In this document: piece by piece, positions 1 to 13,987 of the stretch
Numbering within the stretch: the first letter of the stretch is position 1
How the letters are laid out: every line of letters begins with the position of its first letter
NCBI GenBank assembly: GCA_963770105.1
Contig: CAVYOL010000006.1
Span: forward strand, 61,540 to 125,539
Reading direction: 5' to 3'
DNA length: 64,000 nt
From: an uncultured Acidimicrobiia bacterium
GTDB taxonomy: Bacteria > Actinomycetota > Acidimicrobiia > IMCC26256 > JAENVU01
Translations under genes and position numbers: made by a program
The notes under the pieces: model-generated
What the model saw: the letters and a program-made list of their open reading frames with translations, nothing else
Database searches by the model: none
What the model was told of the DNA's origin: nothing

Positions 1-782
1 ACCAGGGCGCGGCGGTAGAGCGCGTCGAGGGTGGCCTCGTCGACCCGGCCCAGGCGACGGACCGCGGGGCCGTCGAGTCCCGGCACGGAGAGCCACCCGG
101 TGGGTCCGGCGAGCACGAGGGTGAGGTCCGGATGGGTGCGCCGGATGCTCGCGACCGCGGCGGCGAGCGTGTCGAGGCCCTTGCGCGGCTCGATGGTGCC
201 GACACTGAGCACGTAGGGAGCTTCGATGCCCGCGGCGGCGAGGCGCGCGTCCCGCTCGTCGTCGGGCGCCGGCGTCGGGACGACGATGGCCATCGGCGCG
301 ACGAGCACGCGCTCGGGCTCGAACCCCGAGAGGATCAGCTCACCGCGCGTGAACTCGGAGATCGCGATGACGACCGACGCTTCGCGGTGCGCGACCGCGA
401 GGCCACGGCGGTGGAAGTCGACCCCACGGCGCGTGAACACCTCGGGGTGCCGGAGGAACGCGAGATCGTGGATCGTGACGACGAGCGGGGTGTCGTGTGC
501 CGGCGGCACCGCGAGGCTCGGCGCATGGATGACGTCGCTCGGCACCGGGATCGCGGGCCGGCGGAACCGGTGCCACAGCTCGTAGCGCCACGGCGCGTGC
601 GGCCGGCCGAGGTCGACGTAGCCCGGCAGCGGGCCCGGATGATCGGGCGGCGGGGGGCCCGCGGCGAAGGTCACCAGCTCCACGCCGACGTCGGGCAGCG
701 TGCCGAGCAGACCGTCGACGTAACGCCCGATGCCACCCGGCACGGGCTGCAGGAGCTGGCCCACGTGCAGGGCGACCTTCAT
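1..782 (-). CDS. glycosyltransferase, GT4/GT-B fold (3' end runs off window start)
   Basis: Absent from the ORF track because no stop lies in the window. Manual reverse translation from the ATG at 782 gives MKVALHVGQLLQPVPGGIGRYV... and ...GIEAPYVLSVGTIEPRKGLDTLAAAV...LVLAGPTGW, typical of this family. ATGA start/stop overlap with the upstream GT at 779-782. Confidence 0.75.
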   Translation of the reverse strand, partial: MKVALHVGQLLQPVPGGIGRYVDGLLGTLPDVGVELVTFAAGPPPPDHPGPLPGYVDLGRPHAPWRYELWHRFRRPAIPVPSDVIHAPSLAVPPAHDTPLVVTIHDLAFLRHPEVFTRRGVDFHRRGLAVAHREASVVIAISEFTRGELILSGFEPERVLVAPMAIVVPTPAPDDERDARLAAAGIEAPYVLSVGTIEPRKGLDTLAAAVASIRRTHPDLTLVLAGPTGWLSVPGLDGPAVRRLGRVDEATLDALYRRAL

Positions 783-1852
783 GCGACCGCACGATAGAGC
801 CGGGCGAAGCGCTCGGCGGTCGCGGGCCACGTGTAGCGGGCCACCTGGACGTGGCCCCGCGCGACGAGCGCGGCGCGGGCGTCGGGGTCGGCAAGCAGGT
901 GGCTGAGCCCGCCGGCGAGCTCGTCGTCGTCGAGCGGGTCGACGAGCTGGGCTCCGTCACCGAGCACCTCCGGGAGCGATCCGGCCCGCGCCGCGAGCAC
1001 GGGCACTCCGGCGGCCATCGCTTCGAGCGGCGGGAGGCCGAAGCCCTCGTAGCGCGTGGGGTAGGCGAAGACGGTGGCGCCGGCCAGCAGGTCGCGCCGC
1101 TGGGCGTTGGTCACGTAGCCGAGCCGGACGATGCGGTCGCGGCTCGGTGAGGCGTCGACCGCCGCGTCGAAGCGGGCCTGGTCCCAGCCGTCGGGTCCGG
1201 CGACCACGAGGCGGACCTCGGGATCACCCGCCGCGACGGCCGTGAAGGCGCGCACGAGCGCGGGGAGGTTCTTGCGCGGCTCGACGGTTCCGAGCGCGAG
1301 CACGTAGCGCGCGCCACCCGCGAGCTGAGCTCCCAGGTCGGGTCGCCCACCGCTCACCGCGCCGAGCCCCCAGGGGATCGCGACGACCCGGTCGGGCGCG
1401 ACCCCGAACTCGGTGCGGATCTCGTCGGCGACGAACTCGCTGCCGGTCTGGACCGTTGCCCCGCGGCTGATCGCCCGCCGGATGAGCGTGCCGTAGCGGA
1501 GCGTGTCCGGCGTGCAGAGCTCGGGAAAGCGGATGAACGTGAGGTCGTGCACCGCGACGATCACCGACGCGCGCGCCGGTGGCGCGACGTAGTTGAGCGC
1601 GTGCACGACGTCGATCGGCCCGGTCCAGTGCTCCGCGCGCGGCCAGGTCGCGCCGCGGCTCCAGAGCTCCCGGACCGCGCGCGCCGGCAGCCGCGCGGTG
1701 GCGGCCCGCACCCCGGCCGGGAGGCTGCGGGCGAGGTCGTTGCGGCCGCGCCAGGTCAGCGCGTAGGCGACGGGACGGACGTCGTCACGGGCCGCAAGCG
1801 CAGTGATCAGGCCCTCGGTGACCTCGCCGATCCCGGTGCGCTGCCCCAGCAA
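779..1852 (-). CDS. glycosyltransferase family 4 (GT-B fold)
   Basis: 357-aa ORF. C-terminal EGFGLPPLEAMAAGVPVLAARAGSLPEV motif (EX7E-type) and VGTVEPRKNL are typical of retaining GT4 enzymes. Confidence 0.85.
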   Translation of the reverse strand: MLGQRTGIGEVTEGLITALAARDDVRPVAYALTWRGRNDLARSLPAGVRAATARLPARAVRELWSRGATWPRAEHWTGPIDVVHALNYVAPPARASVIVAVHDLTFIRFPELCTPDTLRYGTLIRRAISRGATVQTGSEFVADEIRTEFGVAPDRVVAIPWGLGAVSGGRPDLGAQLAGGARYVLALGTVEPRKNLPALVRAFTAVAAGDPEVRLVVAGPDGWDQARFDAAVDASPSRDRIVRLGYVTNAQRRDLLAGATVFAYPTRYEGFGLPPLEAMAAGVPVLAARAGSLPEVLGDGAQLVDPLDDDELAGGLSHLLADPDARAALVARGHVQVARYTWPATAERFARLYRAVA

Positions 1853-1897
1853 CGGCGTGCCGTCGAGGGCAACACGGACGGGGTCGATCCCGTGATC

Positions 1898-3309
1898 CTA
1901 GAACTCGAGCGGCTCGTGCTCGATCTGGGTGATGAGCGAATCGATGCTGTCGGGCACGCCGCGCTGCATGCGCTGGTACAGGCTCACCATCATCACCAGC
2001 GTCGCGACGATCGCGCCGGCGAGGAACCCGACCTCGACCCGCAGCTCGAGGTCCGAGATGAGGGCCGCACCGACGCAGAACGTGAGGACTCCGAGGAGCC
2101 ACGCCAGTGCCGCGCGGGCGTGGCCCTTCAGCGCCAGCAGCGCCTGGGCCACGGTCAGGGCGATGATGAACACGCCGCTACCGGCCGCGAGCAGTCCGAG
2201 ATCCGTGCTGGAGATCGTGAACGGCGGGAACAGGATCTTGCCGACCGGCACGCCGATCGTGAACGCCGCGATCGTCCCGATGATCGCGATCCCGATCACG
2301 ATCCAGAGGAGCTGCTTGAACCCGGCGCGGAAGTCGTCGTGACGGCCGGCCCCCGCGAGGCCCGCGAGCTTCGGCAGCAGCGTGCCCTGCACCGCTTGGA
2401 AGAGCAGTGGTGGGATCCGGGCGACGAAGAACGCCGACGTGAACGCGGCGACGGCCAGGGTGTCCGCGTGGCTCGTGCCCTTCAACAGGTTCACGCCGAG
2501 CAGCGACGAGTATCCGAGCAGCTGCATCAGCACCGAGCCGGCGAGGAGCCAGCCGAGCGCGTTGGACAGCTCGCTGTACGGCGCCGGGGGCCCGGGTTCG
2601 AGGAGCTTCTCGCGTCGGCGCAGCGACACCGCGACCGCGACGAACGGGGCGAGCGCCATGCACATGCCGTACGCGCCGGCGTTGTTCGACGCCGATCGCC
2701 AGGATCGACGAGTGCACCGATCAGTCGAACGATGCCCTCCGTGGCCAACATCTCACCGTAGGGACGAAAGCGCGCGTTGCCCGAGAGGGTGCCGCGCGTC
2801 GTGTGCAGGCAGTAGTAGCCGACGAGGCCGATCGCGAGGCTCGCCACCAGCAGCCAGTTCCCGTGGAACTGCCCGTTCACGTAGAGCGGCGAGGTGATGA
2901 GGACGAGCACGACCATCACCCCGGTGAGGATCGCCCCGAGGCGCGCGGCGCGCTGTACCAGCGGTCCGCCCCCGATGCCCTGGGCCTTGCGGTGGGCGAG
3001 CGCGCGGCCGACCTCCTGCTCCAGTGGCAGGAACAGGCCGGGGCCGGCGACGAAGATGAAGCCCCAGAACGCGCCGAAGGCCGAGTACTGCTGCGAGCTC
3101 AGGCCCTGGTTCGCAACGATGACGAAGACGTACGCGGTGATGGCCGCGACGATGAGACCGGCACTGACGGCGAAGGTTCCCTCGGGGACGGCGCCCCGGG
3201 CCTTCTCGATCAGCTTCCCCGAACGGTCACCCACGGCCGAGCTCCGTCCCCTTCGATCGCGAATCGATGTCGGCCCACCGATACCCCCCGGCGCCCCGAT
3301 CCCGGCCAA
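1898..3309 (-). pseudogene. polysaccharide flippase-like (MOP/Wzx-type) multi-TM protein, frame interrupted near 2680-2700
   Basis: ORFs 2527..3309 and 1898..2665 are the N- and C-halves of one protein. They are collinear with the intact paralog at 13988..15313 (shared LPxEQEVxRALAxR, GNxRFRPYG, PGPPAP, LELRVExGFL). The start may instead be the GTG at 3234. Confidence 0.7.
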
Positions 3310-3413
3310 TGACCGGGCGGCGCATCAGCATAGCGGCGCTTTGCCCCAAATTTGTAGGAGCCCCGGTCGACGGCGAGTCGGCGGCCACCACCGGTTGGGG
3401 CGATGATGGGGGC

Positions 3414-3506
3414 ATGAAGACGCGCACGCTGATGTTGCTCGCTCTGGTGACCGGGTTGGCCATCCTCGCGGCGGGCGTGATCCAGATCCTCATGGCCAAG
3501 CCGTGA
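3414..3506 (+). CDS. candidate 30-aa single-TM micropeptide
   Basis: ATG at 3414 preceded by GGGG. Product is MKTRTLMLLALVTGLAILAAGVIQILMAKP. It lies in the intergenic gap upstream of lpd. There is no homology evidence. Confidence 0.25.
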   Translation: MKTRTLMLLALVTGLAILAAGVIQILMAKP

Positions 3507-3577
3507 GGGCCCGATGGTGTTGGATGGCCCCGGGTGCCGTGTGCGCACAATGACCGAGGCAGAGCTCCGACCCGAAG

Positions 3578-4976
3578 GTGGTGAGCACGGTGGCTGAGAG
3601 GTTCGACGTCGTCGTCCTGGGCGGCGGCCCCGGTGGCTACGCGGCCGCCCTGTACGGGGCCGCAGCCGGGCTTCGGATCGCCATGGTGGAAGAGACCCGG
3701 GTCGGAGGCACCTGCCTGCATCGGGGCTGTATACCCGCCAAGGAGCTGCTCCAGACCGCCGAGGTGCTCCGGACCGTCCGCACCGCGAAGGAGTTCGGGG
3801 TGGACGCCGGCCAGCCCACCCTGGACCTGTCCACCAGCCAGGCCCGCAAGCAGCAGGTCGTCGACCGGCTGACCAAGGGCCTCGAGTCGCTGTTGAAGGG
3901 CCGCAAGGTCACCGTGGTCCCGGGAACGGGGACGATCATCGACGCCGCGGCCCACCACATCCGCGTGTCGGACGGCTCCGAGCTGATGGGCGACGCGCTG
4001 ATCCTCGCGACGGGGTCACTCCCGCGCGAGCTGCCCGGCCTGCCCTTCGACGGCACCCAGGTCCTGTCCTCGGACCACTTCCTCGTGCTCGACGAGGTCC
4101 CGGCCCGCACCGCGATCATCGGCGGCGGCGCGATCGGCTGCGAGTTCGCCTCCTTCCTCGCCGACGTCGGCAGCGACGTGACGCTGCTCGAGGCGATGCC
4201 GGCGATCCTGCCCGGCGTGGACAAGCAGGCCGCGGACCAGGTCGTCGCGCGCGTTCAAGAAGCGCGGCATCAAGGTCGCCACCGGCGTCGCGATCGACGG
4301 GCTCGACCGTGCGCCCGCGCTCACGCTGCGCTATCGCGCCGGCGACCAGTCCGAGTCGGTCGAGGTCGACAAGGTCGTGGTGAGCGTCGGTCGGCGTCCC
4401 CGTTCCGAGGGCATCGGTCTCGAGACCTCCGGGGTCGACGTCGACGACCGCGGCTTCATCGTGGTCGACGACCACCAGCAGACGTCGGTGCCCGGCGTGT
4501 ACGCGGTGGGTGACGTGGTCGCGGGTCCCGCCCTCGCGCACGTCGGCTTCGCGGAGGCGATCATCTCGATCAAGACCATCCTCGGCGAGGACGTCGTCCC
4601 GCTCGATCACGACAAGGTGCCGTGGGGGATCTACTGCCACCCGGAGGTCGCGTTCAGCGGGCTCACCGAGGCGGCGGCCGTCGAGCGCGGCTACGACGTC
4701 GTCACGTCCGTCCACCGGTTCGCGGGCAACAGCCGCGCGGTGATCATGGGCGAGCCCGACGGGCTGGTGAAGATCGTCGCCGAGAAGGACGGTCCGCTGC
4801 TCGGCGTCCACATCGTGGGGCCGTGGGCGACCGAGCTGCTCGCCGAGGGGTACCTCGCGGTCAACTGGGAGGCGACCCCGGACGACCTCGGCGCGCTGAT
4901 CCATCCCCACCCGACCCTGAGCGAGCTGTTCGGCGAGTCCGCGCTCGCGCTCACGGGTCGATCCCTGCACGGCTGA
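3578..4976 (+). pseudogene. lpdA: dihydrolipoyl dehydrogenase (E3), one +1 frame interruption near 4250
   Basis: The N-half ORF 3578.. carries GGGPGGY (FAD) and the GGTCLHRGCIPAK redox disulfide. The C-half ORF ..4976 carries HPHPTLSE. Skipping one g in gtcgtcgcgcgcG-ttcaagaag restores ...VVAR-FKKRGIKVATG... Confidence 0.9.
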
Positions 4977-4989
4977 CTGGAGAACACGA

Positions 4990-6353
4990 GTGGACATCAC
5001 GATGCCGCAGCTGGGCGAGACGGTCACCGAGGGGACGATCACCCGGTGGCTCAAGCAGGTCGGTGACCAGGTCGCGGTCGACGAGCCGTTGTTCGAGGTG
5101 TCCACGGACAAGGTGGACTCGGAGGTGCCCGCGGCCGCGTCCGGGGTGCTGACCGAGATCCTCGTCCCGGAAGGTGACACCGTCGAGGTCGGGGCCCGGC
5201 TCGCGGTCCTCGGTGACGCGGCCGAAGGTGCCGCCGCGCCCGCCGCGCCCGCTGCTCCCGCGCCCGCCCCGGAGCCGGAACCCGCGCCGGCTCCCGCTCC
5301 CGCCGCCGCGGCACCGCCTCCGCCTCCCGCGCCGCCGGCGGCCCCCGCGCCCCCGCCGCCGGCGCCGAGCGCACCACCGGCTCCGGCATCGGCACCCGCG
5401 CCGGCCGCGGACGCACCCGCCGATGGCAACGGTCGGGTGACCTCACCCGTCGTCCGGCGCCTGATCGCCGAGCGGGGACTCGACCCCGCGTCGATCACGG
5501 GCACCGGCGAGGGCGGTCGGATCACCCGCCGCGACGTCACCAACGCGGCGCCCGCGGCGCGCACCGCCCCGACGGCTCCGGCCCCGAGCGCGCCGGCCGG
5601 CCCGGCGCCCGAAGCGCCCGTCTCGCGGGCCGTCCGCCACGGCGACGAGGTGATCCCGTTCGACAACATCCGGCGCCGCACCGCGGACCACATGGTCAGC
5701 TCCAAGCGGACCAGCGCGCACGTCTACACGTCGGTGGAGGTGGACTTCGAGCGCGTCGAGCGGATCCGGCGTGCGAACCAGGCCGACTGGAAGCAGGAAG
5801 AGGGCTTCTCGCTCACGTACCTGCCGTTCATCGTGCGGGCGTTCTGCGACGCGGTGCGCGACTACCCGAACGTGAACGCGAGCGTCGACGGCGAGTCGCT
5901 CGTCGTGCACCACGACGTGCACCTCGGCGTCGCGGTCGACCTCGAGTTCCGGGGCCTGATCGCACCGGTGATCCGCGATGCCGACGGCAAGCGGCTGCGG
6001 CTCATCGCCCGCGAGATCCGCGATCTCGCGACCCGCGCGCGACCAAGCAGCTCGGTCCGGACGAGATCCTCGGGGGCACGTTCACGATCACGAACATGGG
6101 GCCGTTCGGCACGTTGATGACGCTGCCGATCATCAACCAGCCCCAGGTCGCGATCCTGGCCACGGACGGGATCAAGAAGCGGCCGGTCGTCGTCGAGGGT
6201 CCGGACGGCGACGACGCGATCGCGATCCACCCGGTCGGCGTGCTCGCACTGGCCTGGGACCACCGGGCGTTCGACGGCGCGTACGCCGCGTCCTTCCTGC
6301 ACGCGGTGCGCGAGATCCTCGAGACCCGCGACTGGGACGCCGAGCTCGCATGA
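4990..6353 (+). pseudogene. sucB: dihydrolipoamide acyltransferase (E2), one -1 frame interruption near 6040
   Basis: Lipoyl domain with STDKVDSE (lipoyl-Lys), a PSBD (SPVVRRLIAERGLD), and a catalytic C-terminus on ORF 6096..6353 (DHRAFDGA). The frame is lost in the gcgcgcg run after ...IRDLATRA. Confidence 0.9.
5230..5428 (+). repeat. Ala/Pro-rich low-complexity linker inside E2
   Basis: About 66 codons that are almost only A/P/E/S (APAAPAAPAPAPEPEPAPAPAPAAAAPPPPPAPPAAPAPPPPAPSAPPAPASAPAPAA), between the lipoyl domain and the PSBD. Confidence 0.8.
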
Positions 6354-7074
6354 GCGTGGGCCGGGCGCCCTTGCGGGTTCGCTGGCTCGGACGGGTCGAC
6401 TACCACGAGGCAGCCGATCTGCAGCGGGCGCTGCACGAGCACAGTGAGCAGGACCATCTGCTCCTGCTCGAGCACCCGCACACGTACACGCTCGGCACCC
6501 GCGGTGGACCCGGCGCACGTCCTCGTGCCACCGGCGAGCGTCGGGGCCGAGCTCGTGCACGCCGACCGCGGTGGCGACGTCACGTACCACGGGCCGGGCC
6601 AGCTCGTCGGCTACCCGATCGTCACGCTGCGCCCGTGGCGCGACGGCGCACCCGATGTCATCGCGCACGTCCGACGGCTCGAAGCCGCGCTGATCGACGC
6701 GCTGGCCGGGCTTCGGCATCGATGCCCATCGCGAGGACGGGTTCTCCGGCGTATGGGTCGGCGACGAGAAGATCGCCGCGATCGGCGTGAAGGTCGCGGC
6801 GATGCGCACCCGCCACGGGTTCGCGTTGAACGTCGACCCCGACCTCGGGATGTTCGACCACATCGTTCCGTGCGGGATCCGCGACCGGGGCGTGACCTCG
6901 ATGGCGAAGCTCCTCGGCGCGGACACACCACCGATGCGCGAGGTCGCTGACGCCGTCGCCGACGCGATGGCCGTGCGACTCGGATACCTCGCGGTCGAGC
7001 GTCAGGACGTGGCCTGGCAGCAGACCCCGGACGATCTCAGCGCGTTCTCGCGCGGCGAGGGGACCGGGGCGCCG
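6350..7074 (+). pseudogene. lipB: octanoyl/lipoyl transferase LipB, two +1 interruptions (near 6507 and 6712) and no stop before lipA
   Basis: ATGA overlap with the E2 stop. Three frame pieces read [33 protein letters not shown] / [26 protein letters not shown] / [27 protein letters not shown]...[19 protein letters not shown]. The end coordinate is set only by the inferred lipA start. Confidence 0.8.
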
Positions 7075-8007
7075 GTGCGCCTGCTCGGCCGGCTCGCGGC
7101 CGCGGGCGTGGAAGCGCCGGTGCCCGACCCGACGTTCCGGCGGCCGGACTGGATGAAGGTCAAGGCCGATCTCGGCCCGGGCTACCGCGAGACCCAGCGG
7201 CTCATGCGCGACCGCGGCCTGAACACGGTGTGCCAGGAGGCCGGCTGCCCGAACATCTTCGAGTGCTGGGCCGACCGCACGGCCACGTTCATGATCCTCG
7301 GTGAGCGGTGCACGCGGGCGTGCGGCTTCTGCCTCGTCGACACCCGCAAGCCGAACCCGCTCGACCTCGACGAGCCCGCGCGCGTGGCCGACGCCGTGGC
7401 GACGCTCGGGCTCGCGCACGCGGTCGTCACCAGCGTCGCCCGCGACGACCTGGACGACGGCGGTGCCTCCGGGTTCGTCGCGACGATCGGGGCGATCCGG
7501 CGCCGCACGCCGGCCACCACGATCGAGGTGCTGATCCCCGACTGCAAGGGCGAGCCGGCCGCGCTCGACGCGATCTTCGCGGCACGCCCCGACGTGTTGA
7601 ACCACAACCTCGAGACCGTCGCCCGGCTGCAGCGTGCCGCCCGACCGTCGGCGGCCTACGCGCGGTCGCTCGCGCTGCTGGGTCGTGCAAAGCAGGCCGG
7701 CCTCGTGACCAAGTCGGGCATCATCTTGGGCATGGGAGAGACGATCGAAGAGCTGCACGGTGCCCTGGTGGACCTCCGCGGGGTCGGCGTCGACCTGATC
7801 ACGCTCGGCCAGTACCTGCGGCCGTCGACCACGCACCTTCCCGTCGTGCGCTGGTGGACGCCGGCCGAGTTCGACGAGCTCGGCCGCTACGCGCGGTCGC
7901 TCGGATTCGCACACGTCGAGAGCGGCCCGCTCGTCCGGTCGAGCTACCACGCCCGGGCCGGGGCGGCCGCCGTGGCCGAGCCGACCGTGGCCGCAGGGGT
8001 CGTCTGA
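7075..8007 (+). CDS. lipA: lipoyl synthase (radical SAM)
   Basis: [13 protein letters not shown] and CTRACGFC cysteine clusters, with a length typical for LipA. The GTG start at 7075 is inferred. In the sequence as given, the frame is open upstream into lipB (ORF track 6787..8007). Confidence 0.85.
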   Translation: MRLLGRLAAAGVEAPVPDPTFRRPDWMKVKADLGPGYRETQRLMRDRGLNTVCQEAGCPNIFECWADRTATFMILGERCTRACGFCLVDTRKPNPLDLDEPARVADAVATLGLAHAVVTSVARDDLDDGGASGFVATIGAIRRRTPATTIEVLIPDCKGEPAALDAIFAARPDVLNHNLETVARLQRAARPSAAYARSLALLGRAKQAGLVTKSGIILGMGETIEELHGALVDLRGVGVDLITLGQYLRPSTTHLPVVRWWTPAEFDELGRYARSLGFAHVESGPLVRSSYHARAGAAAVAEPTVAAGVV

Positions 8008-8549
8008 TGGGCCGCGAGCTCGAGACCATCACGCCGGAGCTGACCGAGTTCCTCGAAGCGCAGCCGGTGTTCTTCGTCGCGACCGCGCCCGAGAGCACGG
8101 ACCACCACGTCAACGTCTCACCGAAGGGGCTCGACTCGTTCCGGGTCCTCGACGACCACACCGTGGCGTACGTGGACCTGCACGGCAGCGGCATCGAGAC
8201 GGTCGCGCACGTGAGGGAGAACGGCCGGATCACCTTGATGTTCTGCGCGTTCTCCGGCCGCCCGAACATCGTCCGGCTCCAGGGTCGCGGCACGGTCATC
8301 CCGGCCGACGCCCCCGAGGCCGGCCCGTACCTCGAGCGACTGCCGACGCCGGCCGGTGCGCGCTCCGTGATCGTCGTCGACGTGCGCCGCATCTCCTCGT
8401 CGTGTGGCTACGGGGTCCCCCTGATGGAGTACGTGGGTGAGCGGACGCTGCTGACGGACTGGGCCGAGAAGCACGGCGAAGACGGTCTCGCGAAGTACCG
8501 CGAGCAGAAGAACGCGACGGCGATCAGCGGTCTGCCCGGATGGGTGTGA
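8007..8549 (+). CDS. pyridoxamine 5'-phosphate oxidase-family (PPOX/F420-type split-barrel) protein
   Basis: ATG at 8007 overlaps the lipA stop (TGATG). The product [27 protein letters not shown]...VNVSPKG...LMFCAF resembles the PPOX-class fold. It is the in-frame tail of ORF 7308..8549. Confidence 0.7.
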   Translation: MGRELETITPELTEFLEAQPVFFVATAPESTDHHVNVSPKGLDSFRVLDDHTVAYVDLHGSGIETVAHVRENGRITLMFCAFSGRPNIVRLQGRGTVIPADAPEAGPYLERLPTPAGARSVIVVDVRRISSSCGYGVPLMEYVGERTLLTDWAEKHGEDGLAKYREQKNATAISGLPGWV

Positions 8550-9640
8550 CCGACCCGCTCGCGTCCCGGCAGGCCCGGGCGCGGGCCCGGATGGAGGAGC
8601 TCGGCGTCGATGTCCTGCTCCTCTCGTTGGGCGCGGACCTCCCGTACTTCACGGGGTACGACGCGATGCCGCTCGAACGCCTCACCATGCTCGTGCTCCC
8701 GCGCGACGGTGACGCGGTCCTCGTCGTCCCGGAGCTCGAAGCTCCGCGGGTGGAGCCGCGGCCGGGAGTGTTCGAGCTGCGGGCCTGGTCGGAGACGGAG
8801 GACCCGATCGCGATCGTCGCCGGCCTGGTCGGGCCCGCCGCGCGCGGCGCCGCGATCGGCGACCAGACGTGGGCCCGGTTCGTGCTGCGGCTCCAGGACG
8901 CGGTTCCGGGGCTGGGGATGCGCCCCGCGTCGGAGGTCACCAGCGCGTTGCGCATCGTGAAGGACGCGGCCGAGGTCGAGGCGCTGCGCGCGGCTGCCCA
9001 CGCGGTCGATGCCGTCGGCGCCGAGATGCGCGAGCGCCCGTTCGGCGGGCGCACCGAGCTCGACGTGCATCGTGAGTTCGCCGACCGCATCATCGAGCAC
9101 GGCCACCAACGGGTGAACTTCGCGATCGTCGGGTCGGGTCCCAACGGGGCGAGCCCGCATCACGAAGCGAGCCCGCGGGTGATCGGCGACGGCGACGTCG
9201 TGGTGTGCGACTTCGGCGGCACCATGGACGGCTACTGCTCGGACATCACGCGCATGTTCGTCGTGGGTGAGCCCACTTCCGAGGTGCGCGACGTCTACGC
9301 CCTCCTCGTCGACGCGCAGGAGCAGGCGGTGCGCGCCGCGACGGTGGGAACCTCGTGTGAAGCGGTCGACGCCACCGCGCGCGACATCATCGCGGCGGGC
9401 GGGCTCGGCGACCGCTTCATCCACCGCACCGGTCACGGCATCGGGCTCGAGGCGCACGAGGACCCGTACCTCGTGTCGGGCAACCGGGCGCCGCTCGAGC
9501 CGGGGCACGCGTTCAGCATCGAGCCCGGCATCTACTTCCCGGGTCGGTTCGGGATGCGCCTGGAGGACATCGTCGTGGCCGCGCCGGGCGGTCCCGATCG
9601 ACTCAACACCGCTCCTCGCGACCTCGCGATCGTCGGCTGA
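8540..9640 (+). CDS. M24-family Xaa-Pro aminopeptidase/dipeptidase
   Basis: 366-aa ORF with metal-ligand motifs DFGG..DGYCSDITR, HRTGHGIGLEAHE and SIEPGIY..G..GMRLED. Confidence 0.9.
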   Translation: MGVTDPLASRQARARARMEELGVDVLLLSLGADLPYFTGYDAMPLERLTMLVLPRDGDAVLVVPELEAPRVEPRPGVFELRAWSETEDPIAIVAGLVGPAARGAAIGDQTWARFVLRLQDAVPGLGMRPASEVTSALRIVKDAAEVEALRAAAHAVDAVGAEMRERPFGGRTELDVHREFADRIIEHGHQRVNFAIVGSGPNGASPHHEASPRVIGDGDVVVCDFGGTMDGYCSDITRMFVVGEPTSEVRDVYALLVDAQEQAVRAATVGTSCEAVDATARDIIAAGGLGDRFIHRTGHGIGLEAHEDPYLVSGNRAPLEPGHAFSIEPGIYFPGRFGMRLEDIVVAAPGGPDRLNTAPRDLAIVG

Positions 9641-9652
9641 GCCCGTCCTTCT

Positions 9653-10420
9653 GTGAGCCTCGATCTCGGCACGGTTCTCCTGCAGTGGGCGACGGGCGGG
9701 CTGCTGTTCTTCTGGTGGACGGCCCGTCGCGAGGTGGTCGGGATCGGGTACGGCTGGCTGCTGCGCGGCGTCTACGGCGTGATGGGGGGCGTGGCGGTCT
9801 GGCTCGAGATCCGCTCCGATCAATCGGGCGCCGGACACGTCATCGCGATCGTCGGTGGGATCGGTCTGGTGCTGGCAACGCTCGTGGCGTTCGCGATCAG
9901 CTGGTTCCGGCGCGCCGCCGACGACCGCGGGCCGCAGCTGCTGGACGTAGTCGCGCCGGTGTTCGGCTTCATCGGTCTGCTCGGCCTGGCCGCGGTCGCG
10001 GGCGGCGGGTACGGGCTCGCGCTGCTCCGGCTGCTCAGCGGCGCGGTGTTCCTGGGCGCGATCACCGACGCGATGCTGCTCGGGCACTGGTACCTGGTGC
10101 AGCCCGGGCTCGCGCGTGCTCCGCTGCAGGAGCTGGTGACGCTGTGCCTCTACGTCTGGCCGATCGAGATCGTCGCGCTGCTCCTGCCACCCGGGATGAT
10201 CGGCGTGCTGAGCGGCTCGGTCTCGGACGGGTACGGCGGGCTGCTCGGCTGGATGTGGGTCGTCTCGGCGCTCACGACGATCGGGCTCGTCTGGGTGACG
10301 CGGCTCGCGCTGCGCGAGCAGTACTACTCGGCGGTCATGGCCGCGACGGGTCTGCTCTACCTCGCGATCCTCACCGCGTTCGGCACCGACGTCGTCGCGC
10401 GCGCACTGCTGGCCCCGTAG
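9653..10420 (+). CDS. integral membrane protein, unknown function
   Basis: 255-aa ORF (GTG start) with about 7 hydrophobic segments. No motif recognised. Confidence 0.6.
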   Translation: MSLDLGTVLLQWATGGLLFFWWTARREVVGIGYGWLLRGVYGVMGGVAVWLEIRSDQSGAGHVIAIVGGIGLVLATLVAFAISWFRRAADDRGPQLLDVVAPVFGFIGLLGLAAVAGGGYGLALLRLLSGAVFLGAITDAMLLGHWYLVQPGLARAPLQELVTLCLYVWPIEIVALLLPPGMIGVLSGSVSDGYGGLLGWMWVVSALTTIGLVWVTRLALREQYYSAVMAATGLLYLAILTAFGTDVVARALLAP

Positions 10421-10426
10421 CGCGGG

Positions 10427-13901
<3,475 letters not shown>

Positions 13902-13987
13902 CAGGGAGGAGAGATTACTGCCGAAGTGGGCCTGTCCCCGTCCCGATAGGCCGTTCGAAGGGGGGCCCGCCGGTACGATGGCCCGTC

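Noticed and set aside
5230-5428. Repetitive GCN/CCN tract that could be mistaken for a tandem repeat or CRISPR-like array
   Set aside because: It is in frame within E2 and encodes the usual Ala/Pro flexible linker. It has no unit periodicity with spacers.
13902-13987. Riboswitch (B12 or SAM) upstream of metH
   Set aside because: Only about 86 nt separate metH from the divergent flippase gene, too short for those aptamers, and no conserved B12-box-like sequence was recognised. The pre-start region is pyrimidine-rich (CTCCTCCCTG), so metH may simply lack a canonical SD.
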